A stretch of DNA of 57,230 nt. Origin: Candidatus Nanohalarchaeota archaeon (GTDB taxonomy: Archaea > EX4484-52 > B79-G9). How positions within the stretch are numbered: the stretch's first letter is position 1; every line of letters starts with the position of its first letter. Of the stretch, positions 33,112-42,756 are shown in pieces. The notes beneath the pieces are model-generated. The model saw only the letters and a program-made list of their open reading frames with translations. It made no database searches and was not told the DNA's origin. Location: positions 1 through 57,230 of the forward strand of contig DAOWAN010000002.1 in NCBI GenBank assembly GCA_030634545.1. Reading direction: 5' to 3'. The position numbers and the translations under genes are program-made.

Positions 33112-33363
33112 TTATTTAACAGTTCTTCTTAATCCTTTATCATACTTCATCGTTCTTAAAACATTAGTTAAAGCATATAGAACTTCATACAGTTCAGGTT
33201 TGCTCAATCTTCTGCTTAAGTCTGCTTGTGTATATCTTTTCTTATTTTCTAAAACTAATCTAACACCACCATAAGCCCAGTCTAAACTTAGTTCGTGAGT
33301 TCTTGTGGCAATTTGTTTGTTAAGAAATTTTATTTGATTTTCTAATGTTGATTTTGTTGTCAT
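33112..33363 (-). CDS. hypothetical protein (83 aa)
   Basis: AGGTGATTGTC-ATG gives MTTKSTLENQ... The track start is a GTG within the SD. Confidence 0.6.
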   Translation of the reverse strand: MTTKSTLENQIKFLNKQIATRTHELSLDWAYGGVRLVLENKKRYTQADLSRRLSKPELYEVLYALTNVLRTMKYDKGLRRTVK

Positions 33364-33368
33364 GACAA

Positions 33369-33830
33369 TCACCTGAATAGTTTTTTAATATCTGATTTAA
33401 CTTTGCTTGGCAATGGTCTTACTAACCATGCACTGCCGTACTTGTAACCTTTATCATTGTAAAGTCTTTTTTTCTTTAAGAATTGAACGTCTTCATCATA
33501 AGACCAGCCTTTAGGTCTTCCACGCCATTTGTTTAAAGCATCTTCCTGTCTTTTTGAGCCTGCTGTCAAATCATTCAGATGCCATTTTTTCCAAATCGTG
33601 ATAATTTTCTTCAAATTAGGTGTTGGCATTTCAATAGAATCATAAATCTGTCCAGCAGAATCCCATCTTGGTCTTCCTTTAGTTCTTTGTGCTGAATCTC
33701 CACTTATAGATAAAACATCAAAAGTGCCTGTTTTCATTGTCTTGTAATCTTTGCCCGACTTTTTCTTGATTGTTAATTCAAGCTTGACTATTTGTGTTGG
33801 TAATTTGAATGTTTTTACAAATTTTTCCAT
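33369..33830 (-). CDS. hypothetical basic protein (153 aa)
   Basis: Start taken at MEKFVKTFKL, 2 nt after the upstream stop. The track start at 33926 overlaps the upstream gene by 94 nt. Contains WKKWHLNDLTAGSKRQ; family not recognised. Confidence 0.65.
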   Translation of the reverse strand: MEKFVKTFKLPTQIVKLELTIKKKSGKDYKTMKTGTFDVLSISGDSAQRTKGRPRWDSAGQIYDSIEMPTPNLKKIITIWKKWHLNDLTAGSKRQEDALNKWRGRPKGWSYDEDVQFLKKKRLYNDKGYKYGSAWLVRPLPSKVKSDIKKLFR

Positions 33831-33832
33831 CT

Positions 33833-35347
33833 TTACTTCAACCCCAGAAAGTTTAGTTTGCTCATTAAATTCTTTATTGCGAACAGGACAACACCTACTG
33901 CGATGATTATTAAGATGCCCTGCCATGTGAATATGAAGTCTATGAAAGTCTTGAATAAGAAGTAAACAAGACCGCCTGCTGACAATGAGCCGATTACGAA
34001 CATGACTATATTGACATTATCCTTCTTTTTCTTCTTTGCTTCATACGTGTTGTAAAGGTAGCCGAAAACTCCTAATGATGTCAATACGCTTAGAATTATC
34101 GATACAATCAATATGTTCTCTTTAAGCATTTCCAAAAAGCCTTTTTTTGTCTGGCAGTCTGGGTCTTCCATATCTATCTTCCCGTCAGCATCATTGTCAA
34201 CACCGTCATCACATATCTCATCTGTGCTTTCATAACATCTTGTGTTCCTTGCATCGCAACCATACTGGCATTCCTTAATCAGATAAATTCCATTTACACA
34301 ATCCCATAAGTCTGAACCTACACATACATTTTTTGTGCAGTCTTCAGTGACCTCTTCTGCCTTGAACGAATAAGAACAAGTATCTTTTTCATCAGAGATT
34401 ATGTCTCTTGCTGTGATTGTGCATGAGAATGATTTTGTACCGCTTGTTGAAATTGCACTCACTGTTGCCTTGACTGTCCTGCTCTCTCCACCCAATAAGT
34501 CAACACCGTAAGTGCTTAATTGTGATGATGCACCTGTACCGCAGTCAACACCTAGATTGAAGCTTGCCCTTTCAGTCTGGCTCGTCCCAATGTTCGTTAT
34601 AACAAAAGATTGCGTCTCTGTATCGCCTGATTCAACCGTGAATCCGCCAAGATTACTGCAATCCAAGTCTGGCTCTCCTGTGACCTGCCTTATGCCGACC
34701 CAGTCAGCGTCAATCTCAATCGTGAACAATCCTGTTGTCATCGGTGTCTCCAATTCAACTTCCAACAGATTACCTGTATCAACATTTATCCTTCTTATAA
34801 TTGGGTTTTGTGAAAGGAATTCTGCTTTCTTGTTCTGGATGATATTGCTTGTTTCTGAATTATATCTCTGGACTTTGGCAAGAGCCTTGTCATAATCCCA
34901 AATCGCAAAATAACACCAGTCATCATTCGGGTCTGAACATTCATCACCGATAAAATTCTCCCTTACAGGTTTATAATCACCGTATGCACCATCATCAACA
35001 AATTGCCAGTTCTGTGTGTTTACAAAAAACATTGCGTCATAATTTGGTGTTGACAGCCATTGGTTTCTCAGCAAATCTCCTTCCCATCTTACAAAGACTT
35101 TGTCATTTCTTCCAGTTGTGGTATCTTGCGTCAATGTTATTGGGTCTAGTCCGTCAACAGAGAATTCTATCTCGAAATCCCTGTCTCTTGTCTCGCCGAA
35201 TCTTGCATCCTGACCTATTGAATATGTTTGGATACAATAGCATTCCGCACCGAAAAGACCGCCTTTCCTGAAAGCATGACCGCCTATCGTACCGCTTGGA
35301 CATACACCGATGCAAGTTCCTAATGCAGTGTTAGTTGTCTTGACCAT
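33833..35347 (-). CDS. Cys-rich ectodomain protein with three C-terminal TM helices (504 aa as called). It lacks its own signal peptide and is probably the distal part of a longer product (see 35462-35464).
   Basis: CDDGVDNDADGKIDMEDPDC matches the widespread CxDGxDNDxDGxxD Cys-rich repeat. The 38 codons upstream are open and coding-like, in frame with 35462-35740 across a single TAA. Confidence 0.8.
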   Translation of the reverse strand: MVKTTNTALGTCIGVCPSGTIGGHAFRKGGLFGAECYCIQTYSIGQDARFGETRDRDFEIEFSVDGLDPITLTQDTTTGRNDKVFVRWEGDLLRNQWLSTPNYDAMFFVNTQNWQFVDDGAYGDYKPVRENFIGDECSDPNDDWCYFAIWDYDKALAKVQRYNSETSNIIQNKKAEFLSQNPIIRRINVDTGNLLEVELETPMTTGLFTIEIDADWVGIRQVTGEPDLDCSNLGGFTVESGDTETQSFVITNIGTSQTERASFNLGVDCGTGASSQLSTYGVDLLGGESRTVKATVSAISTSGTKSFSCTITARDIISDEKDTCSYSFKAEEVTEDCTKNVCVGSDLWDCVNGIYLIKECQYGCDARNTRCYESTDEICDDGVDNDADGKIDMEDPDCQTKKGFLEMLKENILIVSIILSVLTSLGVFGYLYNTYEAKKKKKDNVNIVMFVIGSLSAGGLVYFLFKTFIDFIFTWQGILIIIAVGVVLFAIKNLMSKLNFLGLK

Positions 35348-35461
35348 CTGTGCTATTGAATAAATCTTAGAAGTGTCTTTGAAAACAGGAAATTGCTCGC
35401 TTTGTGATATTTTTGTAAAAGAACCAGAAACAGAATTTGTAACTTCCCAATCACCGCCCTC

Positions 35462-35464
35462 TTA
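35462..35464 (-). other. single in-frame TAA separating a leader-bearing ORF (35465-35740) from its apparent continuation (33833-35461)
   Basis: 35740, 35464 and 35347 are all in the same reading frame. The 114 nt at 35348-35461 have no stop, no ATG/GTG/TTG and no SD, and 29 of 38 third positions are A/T. Confidence 0.8.
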
Positions 35465-35740
35465 TTGTTCAAGTTTTTTTTCGATGTCATCTTTATTCCA
35501 ACTTATTGCGAGACATTCACCGCTTCCTGTACCTGCTCTTGCAAGAACTCTTATCTTGCTTCCGCCATCAATCAAAGATACTGTATCAATAGATAGAACT
35601 GAAGTCGAGCCACAAGCTATTGTAGTCTCCCTGACAAAGAAAATGCCACTAACAATCAGTATGAAAAGAATTATAATAACAGGCACAATCACCTTTTTTT
35701 TAGCAGGTTTTTTAGACCTTCTTTTTGGTTTTTTTGCCAT
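35462..35740 (-). CDS. polybasic-leader/TM protein (92 aa as called)
   Basis: MAKKPKRRSKKPAKKK plus a TM (VIVPVIIILFILIVSGIFF), then VRETTIACG, the same layout as the N-termini of 24921-26912 and 30417-31478. It has its own TATA promoter. Confidence 0.75.
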   Translation of the reverse strand: MAKKPKRRSKKPAKKKVIVPVIIILFILIVSGIFFVRETTIACGSTSVLSIDTVSLIDGGSKIRVLARAGTGSGECLAISWNKDDIEKKLEQ

Positions 35741-35748
35741 TGATAGTG

Positions 35749-35782
35749 TTTTAAATTTGTTTTTGAGTATTTATATTTTTCT
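35749..35782 (-). promoter_or_regulatory. TATA promoter plus 5' region, identical 34-mer to 48627-48660
   Basis: ttttaaatttgtttttgagtatttatatttttct begins 8 nt from the ATG in both places. The coding strand reads AGAAAAATATAAATACTCAAAAACAAATTTAAAA. Confidence 0.65.
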
Positions 35783-35790
35783 ATTAAAAA

Positions 35791-35898
35791 TTAGTAATTA
35801 GAATTAAGCTTGTTTTTACAATCTTCACATGTGTCAGAGCCAACTTCAATCTCTTTCAGCTTTCCGCACTTTGAACATTTTTCAACTTCGACATCCAT
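35791..35898 (-). CDS. Zn-ribbon mini-protein (35 aa; not in the ORF track)
   Basis: Hand-translated as MDVEVEKCSKCGKLKEIEVGSDTCEDCKNKLNSNY. It has its own TATA box 22 nt upstream. Confidence 0.45.
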   Translation of the reverse strand: MDVEVEKCSKCGKLKEIEVGSDTCEDCKNKLNSNY

Positions 35899-35920
35899 TA
35901 AACAATATTATTATATATGT

Positions 35921-35937
35921 GATTTATATATTTTTCT
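35921..35937 (-). promoter_or_regulatory. TATA-box promoter
   Basis: The coding strand reads AGAAAAATATATAAATC, ending 22 nt from the ATG at 35898. Confidence 0.5.
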
Positions 35938-36323
35938 CAGAATAATGGGTTATAGCCGAAGAATGCCTGTATCATGTACCATATCTTTTTCAAGAAAGAA
36001 ATTTCTTTGATTGTGACAGGATGTATCTTTTTAATATCGTTGACCGTTACATTGATGAAATACATATTCTCTTTCTCATTTGTCGGGACTATCACTTCGT
36101 ATGAATAGATGTTTTCCTTTATCTTTCTCGGAATCTTCCTTGATAAGATTGTCTGGTTGTTCATATCTATTATTTCAAAAGAAACATTGTTAGAAGGTTC
36201 TGACAACACTATCTCAAAACTGTATATCTTTCCTGCCAGCCATGTCTTTTCAGCCACTATATCAAAGTCTAGTGCATTAACTGTTGAAATTAATAATAAG
36301 AACAAAACTATCTTTTTAATCAT
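35937..36323 (-). CDS. secreted or membrane protein (128 aa)
   Basis: Signal peptide MIKKIVLFLLLISTVNA. N-x-S/T sites. Hydrophobic C-terminus. Confidence 0.7.
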   Translation of the reverse strand: MIKKIVLFLLLISTVNALDFDIVAEKTWLAGKIYSFEIVLSEPSNNVSFEIIDMNNQTILSRKIPRKIKENIYSYEVIVPTNEKENMYFINVTVNDIKKIHPVTIKEISFLKKIWYMIQAFFGYNPLF

Positions 36324-37290
36324 CTGATTTCTTTTTAAAGAATCTCTTTCTTATATATGTTCTTTTTTTGATTATGATTACCAATATAAGTAAAATTAAG
36401 ATTATCAGGAACACCAGAACATAATAGATGACTGGCTTTAATCTGCCATCTTCATCCCTTAAACTATCAAAGAAATCTTTAAAAAATGCAACAATGAATA
36501 AGTCTCCTGAAGGCGTTATCAATATGTTATAAAAATCTGTGCTGTCTGTTATCTTCACAGGCTTTGTCTGGTTTATCAAGATACTGCCTTTCCTTGCTGA
36601 AAACATGAAATCATAATTGCCTTTTTCCAGATTGTTGACATAATCCAACGGATAGATGCCTGTTGAACTTTCTTCTAATGTTAAAAAATCAACTGAAGTG
36701 TCCTTTCTCATTACCTCAAGAAAGACCAAATCCATATTTACCAAAGTATTATAGTAGTATGTCTTTACAGTCATTTCAATCGGCTCAGATAAATTATAAG
36801 CGTACCTCGTGGTCTCAATTATGAAATAATATCCCAGAATTTCCTCGCTGACTATCTCATCTGGCTCTTCAACATCTTCTGGCGGTTCATCATAATAAGT
36901 CTCGTTGATACACCAGCCAGAATTGTATTCCTCACCACCACATTCACATAACCTGACTATCTGACCTTCATCACAATCTGTTATTGTGTATGGACTACTC
37001 CCACCGCCACCAGTCGGGGGTGTGCATGCCTGACCTGTCGCTGGCATACTATCAGTTGTGCCACAGACATTAACATCAGTGCAAGTCCTGTTCTGGATAT
37101 TGCCAACACAAGTTGTCCATGAACTGCATGACCAAGATTCCGTACAGCTTGCTTCAAATATAATCATTGGCAGATATGTATCTCCGCCACCGACTATCGC
37201 TTGAAAACCCTGTACGGAACTAATCAATAATATAGAATAAAGTATTGAAAAGACAATTACAAATCCAATAAAAATTCTTTTCTTCATCAT
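36316..37290 (-). CDS. membrane-anchored protein with TSP1-like Cys/Trp motif (324 aa)
   Basis: Start MMKKRIFIGFVIVFSILYSILLISS (TGATG overlap with the upstream stop). CTESWSCSSWTTCVGNIQNRTCTDVNVCGT motif. C-terminal TM and a KKRTYIRKRFFKKK tail. Confidence 0.8.
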   Translation of the reverse strand: MMKKRIFIGFVIVFSILYSILLISSVQGFQAIVGGGDTYLPMIIFEASCTESWSCSSWTTCVGNIQNRTCTDVNVCGTTDSMPATGQACTPPTGGGGSSPYTITDCDEGQIVRLCECGGEEYNSGWCINETYYDEPPEDVEEPDEIVSEEILGYYFIIETTRYAYNLSEPIEMTVKTYYYNTLVNMDLVFLEVMRKDTSVDFLTLEESSTGIYPLDYVNNLEKGNYDFMFSARKGSILINQTKPVKITDSTDFYNILITPSGDLFIVAFFKDFFDSLRDEDGRLKPVIYYVLVFLIILILLILVIIIKKRTYIRKRFFKKKSDD

Positions 37291-39668
37291 CAACAAATGT
37301 ATAATGTTGCAGTTGCACCCGTTCCTATTAAACAACCAGATGAATTTGAACTCCACCCTACTGATGTATTCTGCTCAAATTTCACGTTTTCAACAGTTAT
37401 GTTCTTGCTGAATACAACATTTTCGTCAAATGTCTCAACACTTCCTGTTAATGCGTAAGTATCATCATCTGTTAAAATACTACAAGTCAATGTGTCTGAA
37501 ACTTCATTATCTGCCCACGGATTAGCAGTATTAACTAAGTTTTCATTAATAGTTCCGTCTGCAATGTCTGTTAATGTTGATTCTAATGGTTGAAAACTAT
37601 CATCAAGACTACAAGTATTTCCATCACAAGTAAAGTCACCAAAATCAGATGAAGCCAAATCATCAGGTTCAATCTCACCCATTGTTATTTGTTGTGTTGA
37701 TAATGTTAAATAATCTTGACCTGTCAAAGTCACTAATGCTTGGTGAGAATCATCATCTCCTGCATGTGTTGAAATAGCAGAATCAATTTCAGTTGTTGCA
37801 TCAGTGCAACTTTCAACTGCACCACTTGTATCAACACCAAGAGGATATTCCCCTGCACCACAATTTCCACCATTTGCAACTAATGATGTTGCTGTTGCTG
37901 AATTGTTTGCATTCAGATTTAAATAGCTATAAGTTTTATTTAATGAAAACACATCAGAGCTTTCTGAAATAAAAGTATTATCAGAATCATAAGTTGTGTC
38001 AGTATCTTCTAATATGGTGTCATTAACTTTTATTTGAGTGACATTAATATCTCTCATATTTAAATCCCCTATGAAATCTCTAGTTCCATATATATCCATA
38101 GCCCACGGATGGTTTGTTTGATTGTTTCTTCCTGTTGTCGCATCATGTTCTCCACCAAAATTAACCCCCACAGATTGCAATATCGCAGTATAATCTAGAT
38201 AATAATTATGTGAAGTAATTCCGCTATCATCATGTATAATTCTCATCTGAACAGTCCCACTGTTAATTGTTGTATTTATAAAAAGTTCTGGATTAAATAC
38301 TGAAGCAGATGTTGTACCAAAATCCGTTTGGTCAGTAATAATACCAAAATCTATCCATGAATTAGTAGTTATTTGATATAATTCGATGTGAACTGTATGA
38401 CCAGCACCGCCGTCATATCTTCCTCGCAAGCCGAATGTATTGAATGTAGACACGCCAGTAAAATTTATTCTTATTTCAAAACCAGGCGTACCAGAAACTT
38501 CACTAATATTTAATGTATCACCATCATTAAAATCTAATATTGAAGTTAAGTTCCCAGAATCTAAAGTGCCAGTTAAAACTTGTACTGAAGTTGCATTAAT
38601 AGTTGTTTGAACACCGCCTGATATTGCAAGAATAGTATCATTTAATTCAGTTTCATCAACACTGAAATCTTCTGCTACTAATGTTAGATATTTACTGCTT
38701 TCTGTATAAATTGTATCTGTCAAAGTGCAGAGATTACTACTTGAACCATTAAGCCTGGCACAACTCACATTTCCAGGTATTAAGTATGTGTTAAAGCTTG
38801 AATTAGTGTATGTTGTATCTGTAACTGTCTCTGTTCCAGTAACAATGCTTGTTAAATGACCAAAACCATCTAATAAGATGTCTTGGATATATGTTCTTCC
38901 AGAATTATCAGAACTTGCCTGAGCCGATGTGTCAGAATGGTTTACCTGTGTTCCAACCAAGCTTATTCCTGACCCATTAGTAGTTACTGTATCACTATCA
39001 ACAACCTCTGAATTGATTGTTACGTTGTTTCCTGAGATTGATGTGTTGATGTCATTACCGCCTATAACTCTAAAAATCTCATTGTCTAAAATATCACCAG
39101 AACCACTATCAGAACTAATATTCAAACCAAAACTGCTTGTCAAATCTGTGTAAGTACAGTTTAATGTGCTTGCTGTATTGTCCCAAGTGCATATCTTTGC
39201 GTCTGTCTTTGCACCTGTAAAATCATTAATTGTATCAAACCAGTACTCGTTCAGGACACCGCTTGCATTCATATAATTTGATTTGTTTACGTTAAGGTCA
39301 GCTTCTACCTTGCCACCTAATGTAAGAGAATCATTTGAACCAAAACTTTGTGCCACATACAATAATTTTTTCCTATCAAGTGTTGTTCCATTGATGATTA
39401 TGTGCATCCATAATGGAACGCTGAAATCAACACCAGTCAGGTTTTCCACAACTATCGGTGCGATGTTATTCGTGACATTCACACCAGTTATCAAGTCATG
39501 GTTGAATACAAATGTACCACCGCTTTCAGCAGTCACTAGACTGAAATTAACAACATAGATGCCGTCTGCTTTCGGCACTTGTGTCAACAAGATACCAACA
39601 TCATCATCTAGTGCTAAAACTAAACTTATTGTAATCAAAAACATAGTCACATAGATTATTTTTTTCAT
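37290..39668 (-). CDS. large secreted fibre or adhesin-like protein (792 aa), N-x-S/T-rich
   Basis: Signal peptide MKKIIYVTMFLITISLVLA. Thr/Ser/Asn-rich and beta-rich sequence. ANGGNCGAGEYPLGVDTSGAVESC motif. Dozens of sequons. Confidence 0.85.
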   Translation of the reverse strand: MKKIIYVTMFLITISLVLALDDDVGILLTQVPKADGIYVVNFSLVTAESGGTFVFNHDLITGVNVTNNIAPIVVENLTGVDFSVPLWMHIIINGTTLDRKKLLYVAQSFGSNDSLTLGGKVEADLNVNKSNYMNASGVLNEYWFDTINDFTGAKTDAKICTWDNTASTLNCTYTDLTSSFGLNISSDSGSGDILDNEIFRVIGGNDINTSISGNNVTINSEVVDSDTVTTNGSGISLVGTQVNHSDTSAQASSDNSGRTYIQDILLDGFGHLTSIVTGTETVTDTTYTNSSFNTYLIPGNVSCARLNGSSSNLCTLTDTIYTESSKYLTLVAEDFSVDETELNDTILAISGGVQTTINATSVQVLTGTLDSGNLTSILDFNDGDTLNISEVSGTPGFEIRINFTGVSTFNTFGLRGRYDGGAGHTVHIELYQITTNSWIDFGIITDQTDFGTTSASVFNPELFINTTINSGTVQMRIIHDDSGITSHNYYLDYTAILQSVGVNFGGEHDATTGRNNQTNHPWAMDIYGTRDFIGDLNMRDINVTQIKVNDTILEDTDTTYDSDNTFISESSDVFSLNKTYSYLNLNANNSATATSLVANGGNCGAGEYPLGVDTSGAVESCTDATTEIDSAISTHAGDDDSHQALVTLTGQDYLTLSTQQITMGEIEPDDLASSDFGDFTCDGNTCSLDDSFQPLESTLTDIADGTINENLVNTANPWADNEVSDTLTCSILTDDDTYALTGSVETFDENVVFSKNITVENVKFEQNTSVGWSSNSSGCLIGTGATATLYIC

Positions 39669-39669
39669 C

Positions 39670-42600
39670 TTATACACCACCACAAAATTGAGCATTAACT
39701 ATTACATTGCAACGGTTTGTTGCATCATTACCCGTTATTGTGACATCACCGCAATTAGTTACGGCACTTGATATAATAATAGTATGAGGATTTGAGTCTG
39801 TATGTGAAATTATTACATCGTTACCACCAACATCTGTTGCTGAATCAACAGTGCAATCTTCACTGCAATCTATAACAAAATTGCCACTTGAATAATCACA
39901 TGAATCACCTACACCATAATCAATTACTGTTGCTGTGCTTATAGTATAATAATCTGAACATGTATTACTACCATCTATATCTATTGCACAACATCTCATA
40001 GATTCATAAGTTTCATCTGGCTCTGATGTGATGTTCCAAGTATATGTGTTTCCTTCAGTATGATTGCCAACATCTGTATATATTGTGTTGTACGAAATCT
40101 CTAAACTAGAATAATCATAAACTCCAATAACATCAAAATCTCCGCCCTGTGTATCACCAGTTACATTATATCTTATTTTTATCAGTTTAGATTCATCAAC
40201 ATAATCTGGTGGTGAACCCAATAATTTGTAAAATGAATACTTTTGATAATCTGCACCTGCACCTGCACCTGAAAAACCACCAGGCGTTATATTATATCCA
40301 TCCCCTATACAGCCATGAGTTCCGCCATCACAAGCCAACACTTCCCATCCATCTGTATCCCAATTATAAACATAAGCATAGAACTGCGGTGAAGTGCCTG
40401 GATTAAATTCAGCATCATCACTACCATCACAATCAAGTCCTGTCACTCCACCAGCCCAACAACCACCACCTGATAAATTTAAACTTAATATACTAGATAA
40501 ATCAAGTGTACTAACATTAAAAACCCACTCTATTTTTGTCTTTGCAACAGCACTATCATTAAATCCAGCTTGCCAACTATTTGTATTTGTGCATGTACCT
40601 TGACCACAATCTTCAGTGTTGGTTTTTGAAACTGCATATCCCCCATCTGTTTTGTCACCAGTTGTAACAAAAGATGCGGTATAAGAGACATAATTTCCTA
40701 AAACTTGGTCACTTTCATTGCCTTTCTGGAGTACATAAGTGATAGTATTACTCTCTACATCAGTACTTCCAGTACAATTTAAACATATAGGAGACTCTGT
40801 AAAAGTATCATTTAAATCTCCCTCTGTGCCATTACATAATTGCAAACTTGTCGGTGTTGTTGGCACTGCATTAGTAATGCTAAAATTATAAATCCCTGAT
40901 GTTGTTATATTTTTAGTATCAGTCACATTGACATACCAATTATGGTCAACACTATCCATCAGACCAGCCCAATTACATCTGACTGTTGTTCCTGGTGAGA
41001 TACTTGCATTAGTACAGATAACAACATCATTGCTTGAATTTACAAAAGAGACTTCCACTGTGTCTCCCCCGTCATCATCATTAGCAGTTACATTTAAGTC
41101 AACCAAAGTTATACCTGCTGTTAATAAAGTATTGTTGGCTGGCACTAAATTAGCAAGTGTTGGTAGATTGTTCGGCAGTGGTGTATTCTGTAAAGTATAA
41201 GTGCATATAGTATTAGAGAAATTAGACTCAGAGATGTCATAAGTATCATTGTAAGCTGTAATATTGTAACAGTGTTCTGTGTTGTTGATTAAATTAGTAT
41301 TATTATAATAATTATTAGTTGTATTTACGAAATTAATTGAGAAATTATGCAGTAAGAATTTTTCTGCTGTATCCTGTGCATCCCATGTTAAATAAATACT
41401 CTCATTGTTCTGGCTGTCATTCAATAAAGTAGTTGGAGTTGGTGTCTGTGTTATGATAAAAGGATATTGCCACCCATCACCATCATTATACAAGTCAGAA
41501 ATTTCAGTCCTGTTCAATTCTCGTGTAAAATAATTAAATTCATCTATCTCTCCTGTAAACCACCATTGAGCATCATTAGGTTTACCGATGTTAAGAGTGT
41601 TCATATTATCTATATCTAGATTTTCTCCACTTTCAGCGTTTAAAACTGTGGTCTGTAAAACATTATCAATATACAAAATCAAATCAGTACATAAAGTTCC
41701 ATTCCTAATCATAGTAAACATGTGCCAATCACCATCATCAGTTGTAGATTCAACCTTTCTTTGACAATATCCTACATCTCCTGTTGTTGTTCTTGTGAAT
41801 ATAAGGATACGGTCTGTTCCCGACTGGTCTGCCCATCTTGATTTAATATGGTCATTTGGCACAGCAGAATTCCATATCTGGAAGAATTGTTCATCACTTG
41901 ACACCTCTTGTGTATTATACCAAAGATTAACAGTGAAGTCACCTTGATTTACATCATACTCTGTTCCGACAGCAGTTCTGCTAAGATGGTCATTACCATC
42001 ATAAGAATAACTTTCGTCAATAATACCACCAACACCTGTTGTCGCCCCTGTAATAGTCATGTTATAACTATTATGTAAGTCTTCACTATTAGCACCAACT
42101 GTTTCTGTATCGTCAAAAGTTAAATATTTAACCAAGCCAGTAGTCATACCTGTGCTTGTCGGGTCGTAATCTTCTTCTGGAAAAGTAATCATATAAAAAT
42201 AATCATTAATCTTTGTGATGTTACGCACATTGACCAGTGTAGTATTATGCTCTATTCCATCTACATCTATGAACAATTCTTCTAATGACACATTAATATA
42301 TTGTGGTGGATATTCAACACAATTATGATAAATAGTTGTTTGTGCTATTCCAATACCAAATATAGATTTATCTTCTTCAATACATAAATAATTACCATCC
42401 TGTATGATTTTTTTATCTGATGTAAGATATTCATATCCAGAGTCCCTATGACCCCATTCTTTGGTCTGAGTTATATCACCGACTTCATATATCGGGACAG
42501 AACTTGTTATTGTGAAGAAACTTGACCCGTCTGGTGTTTCTAATTCAAATTCACTGTCAGATTTGATTTTTAGCTTGAAACCATCATCAGTTTCCAGTTC

Positions 42601-42714
42601 ATATTCTTCATCATCAAACTTGACCCATTCATCAGGCGGTATTTCCTGAGAATAGCTTAAAGTAAGTAAAAGAAGTAATGTAATCATCAATAATAATGAT
42701 GTTTTTTTCCCCAT
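39670..42714 (-). CDS. giant secreted protein with LamG (concanavalin-A-like lectin) domain (1014 aa)
   Basis: Signal peptide MGKKTSLLLMITLLLLLTLSYS. Aa 194-415 match the Laminin_G_3 pattern (LTFDD...DLHNSYNMTITGA...DESYSYDGNDHL...DFTVNLW...GDWHMFTMIRNGT...LYIDN...LNIGK...FTGEIDEFNYFTRELNRTEISDLY). Confidence 0.85.
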   Translation of the reverse strand: MGKKTSLLLMITLLLLLTLSYSQEIPPDEWVKFDDEEYELETDDGFKLKIKSDSEFELETPDGSSFFTITSSVPIYEVGDITQTKEWGHRDSGYEYLTSDKKIIQDGNYLCIEEDKSIFGIGIAQTTIYHNCVEYPPQYINVSLEELFIDVDGIEHNTTLVNVRNITKINDYFYMITFPEEDYDPTSTGMTTGLVKYLTFDDTETVGANSEDLHNSYNMTITGATTGVGGIIDESYSYDGNDHLSRTAVGTEYDVNQGDFTVNLWYNTQEVSSDEQFFQIWNSAVPNDHIKSRWADQSGTDRILIFTRTTTGDVGYCQRKVESTTDDGDWHMFTMIRNGTLCTDLILYIDNVLQTTVLNAESGENLDIDNMNTLNIGKPNDAQWWFTGEIDEFNYFTRELNRTEISDLYNDGDGWQYPFIITQTPTPTTLLNDSQNNESIYLTWDAQDTAEKFLLHNFSINFVNTTNNYYNNTNLINNTEHCYNITAYNDTYDISESNFSNTICTYTLQNTPLPNNLPTLANLVPANNTLLTAGITLVDLNVTANDDDGGDTVEVSFVNSSNDVVICTNASISPGTTVRCNWAGLMDSVDHNWYVNVTDTKNITTSGIYNFSITNAVPTTPTSLQLCNGTEGDLNDTFTESPICLNCTGSTDVESNTITYVLQKGNESDQVLGNYVSYTASFVTTGDKTDGGYAVSKTNTEDCGQGTCTNTNSWQAGFNDSAVAKTKIEWVFNVSTLDLSSILSLNLSGGGCWAGGVTGLDCDGSDDAEFNPGTSPQFYAYVYNWDTDGWEVLACDGGTHGCIGDGYNITPGGFSGAGAGADYQKYSFYKLLGSPPDYVDESKLIKIRYNVTGDTQGGDFDVIGVYDYSSLEISYNTIYTDVGNHTEGNTYTWNITSEPDETYESMRCCAIDIDGSNTCSDYYTISTATVIDYGVGDSCDYSSGNFVIDCSEDCTVDSATDVGGNDVIISHTDSNPHTIIISSAVTNCGDVTITGNDATNRCNVIVNAQFCGGV

Positions 42715-42739
42715 CCTTAATCAGTTGAATTTGTTTTGT

Positions 42740-42756
42740 GACTTATATATTTTTCT
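42740..42756 (-). promoter_or_regulatory. internal TATA-box promoter overlapping the stop codon of 42743-46942
   Basis: The coding strand reads AGAAAAATATATAAGTC, ending 25 nt from the ATG at 42714. Confidence 0.5.
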
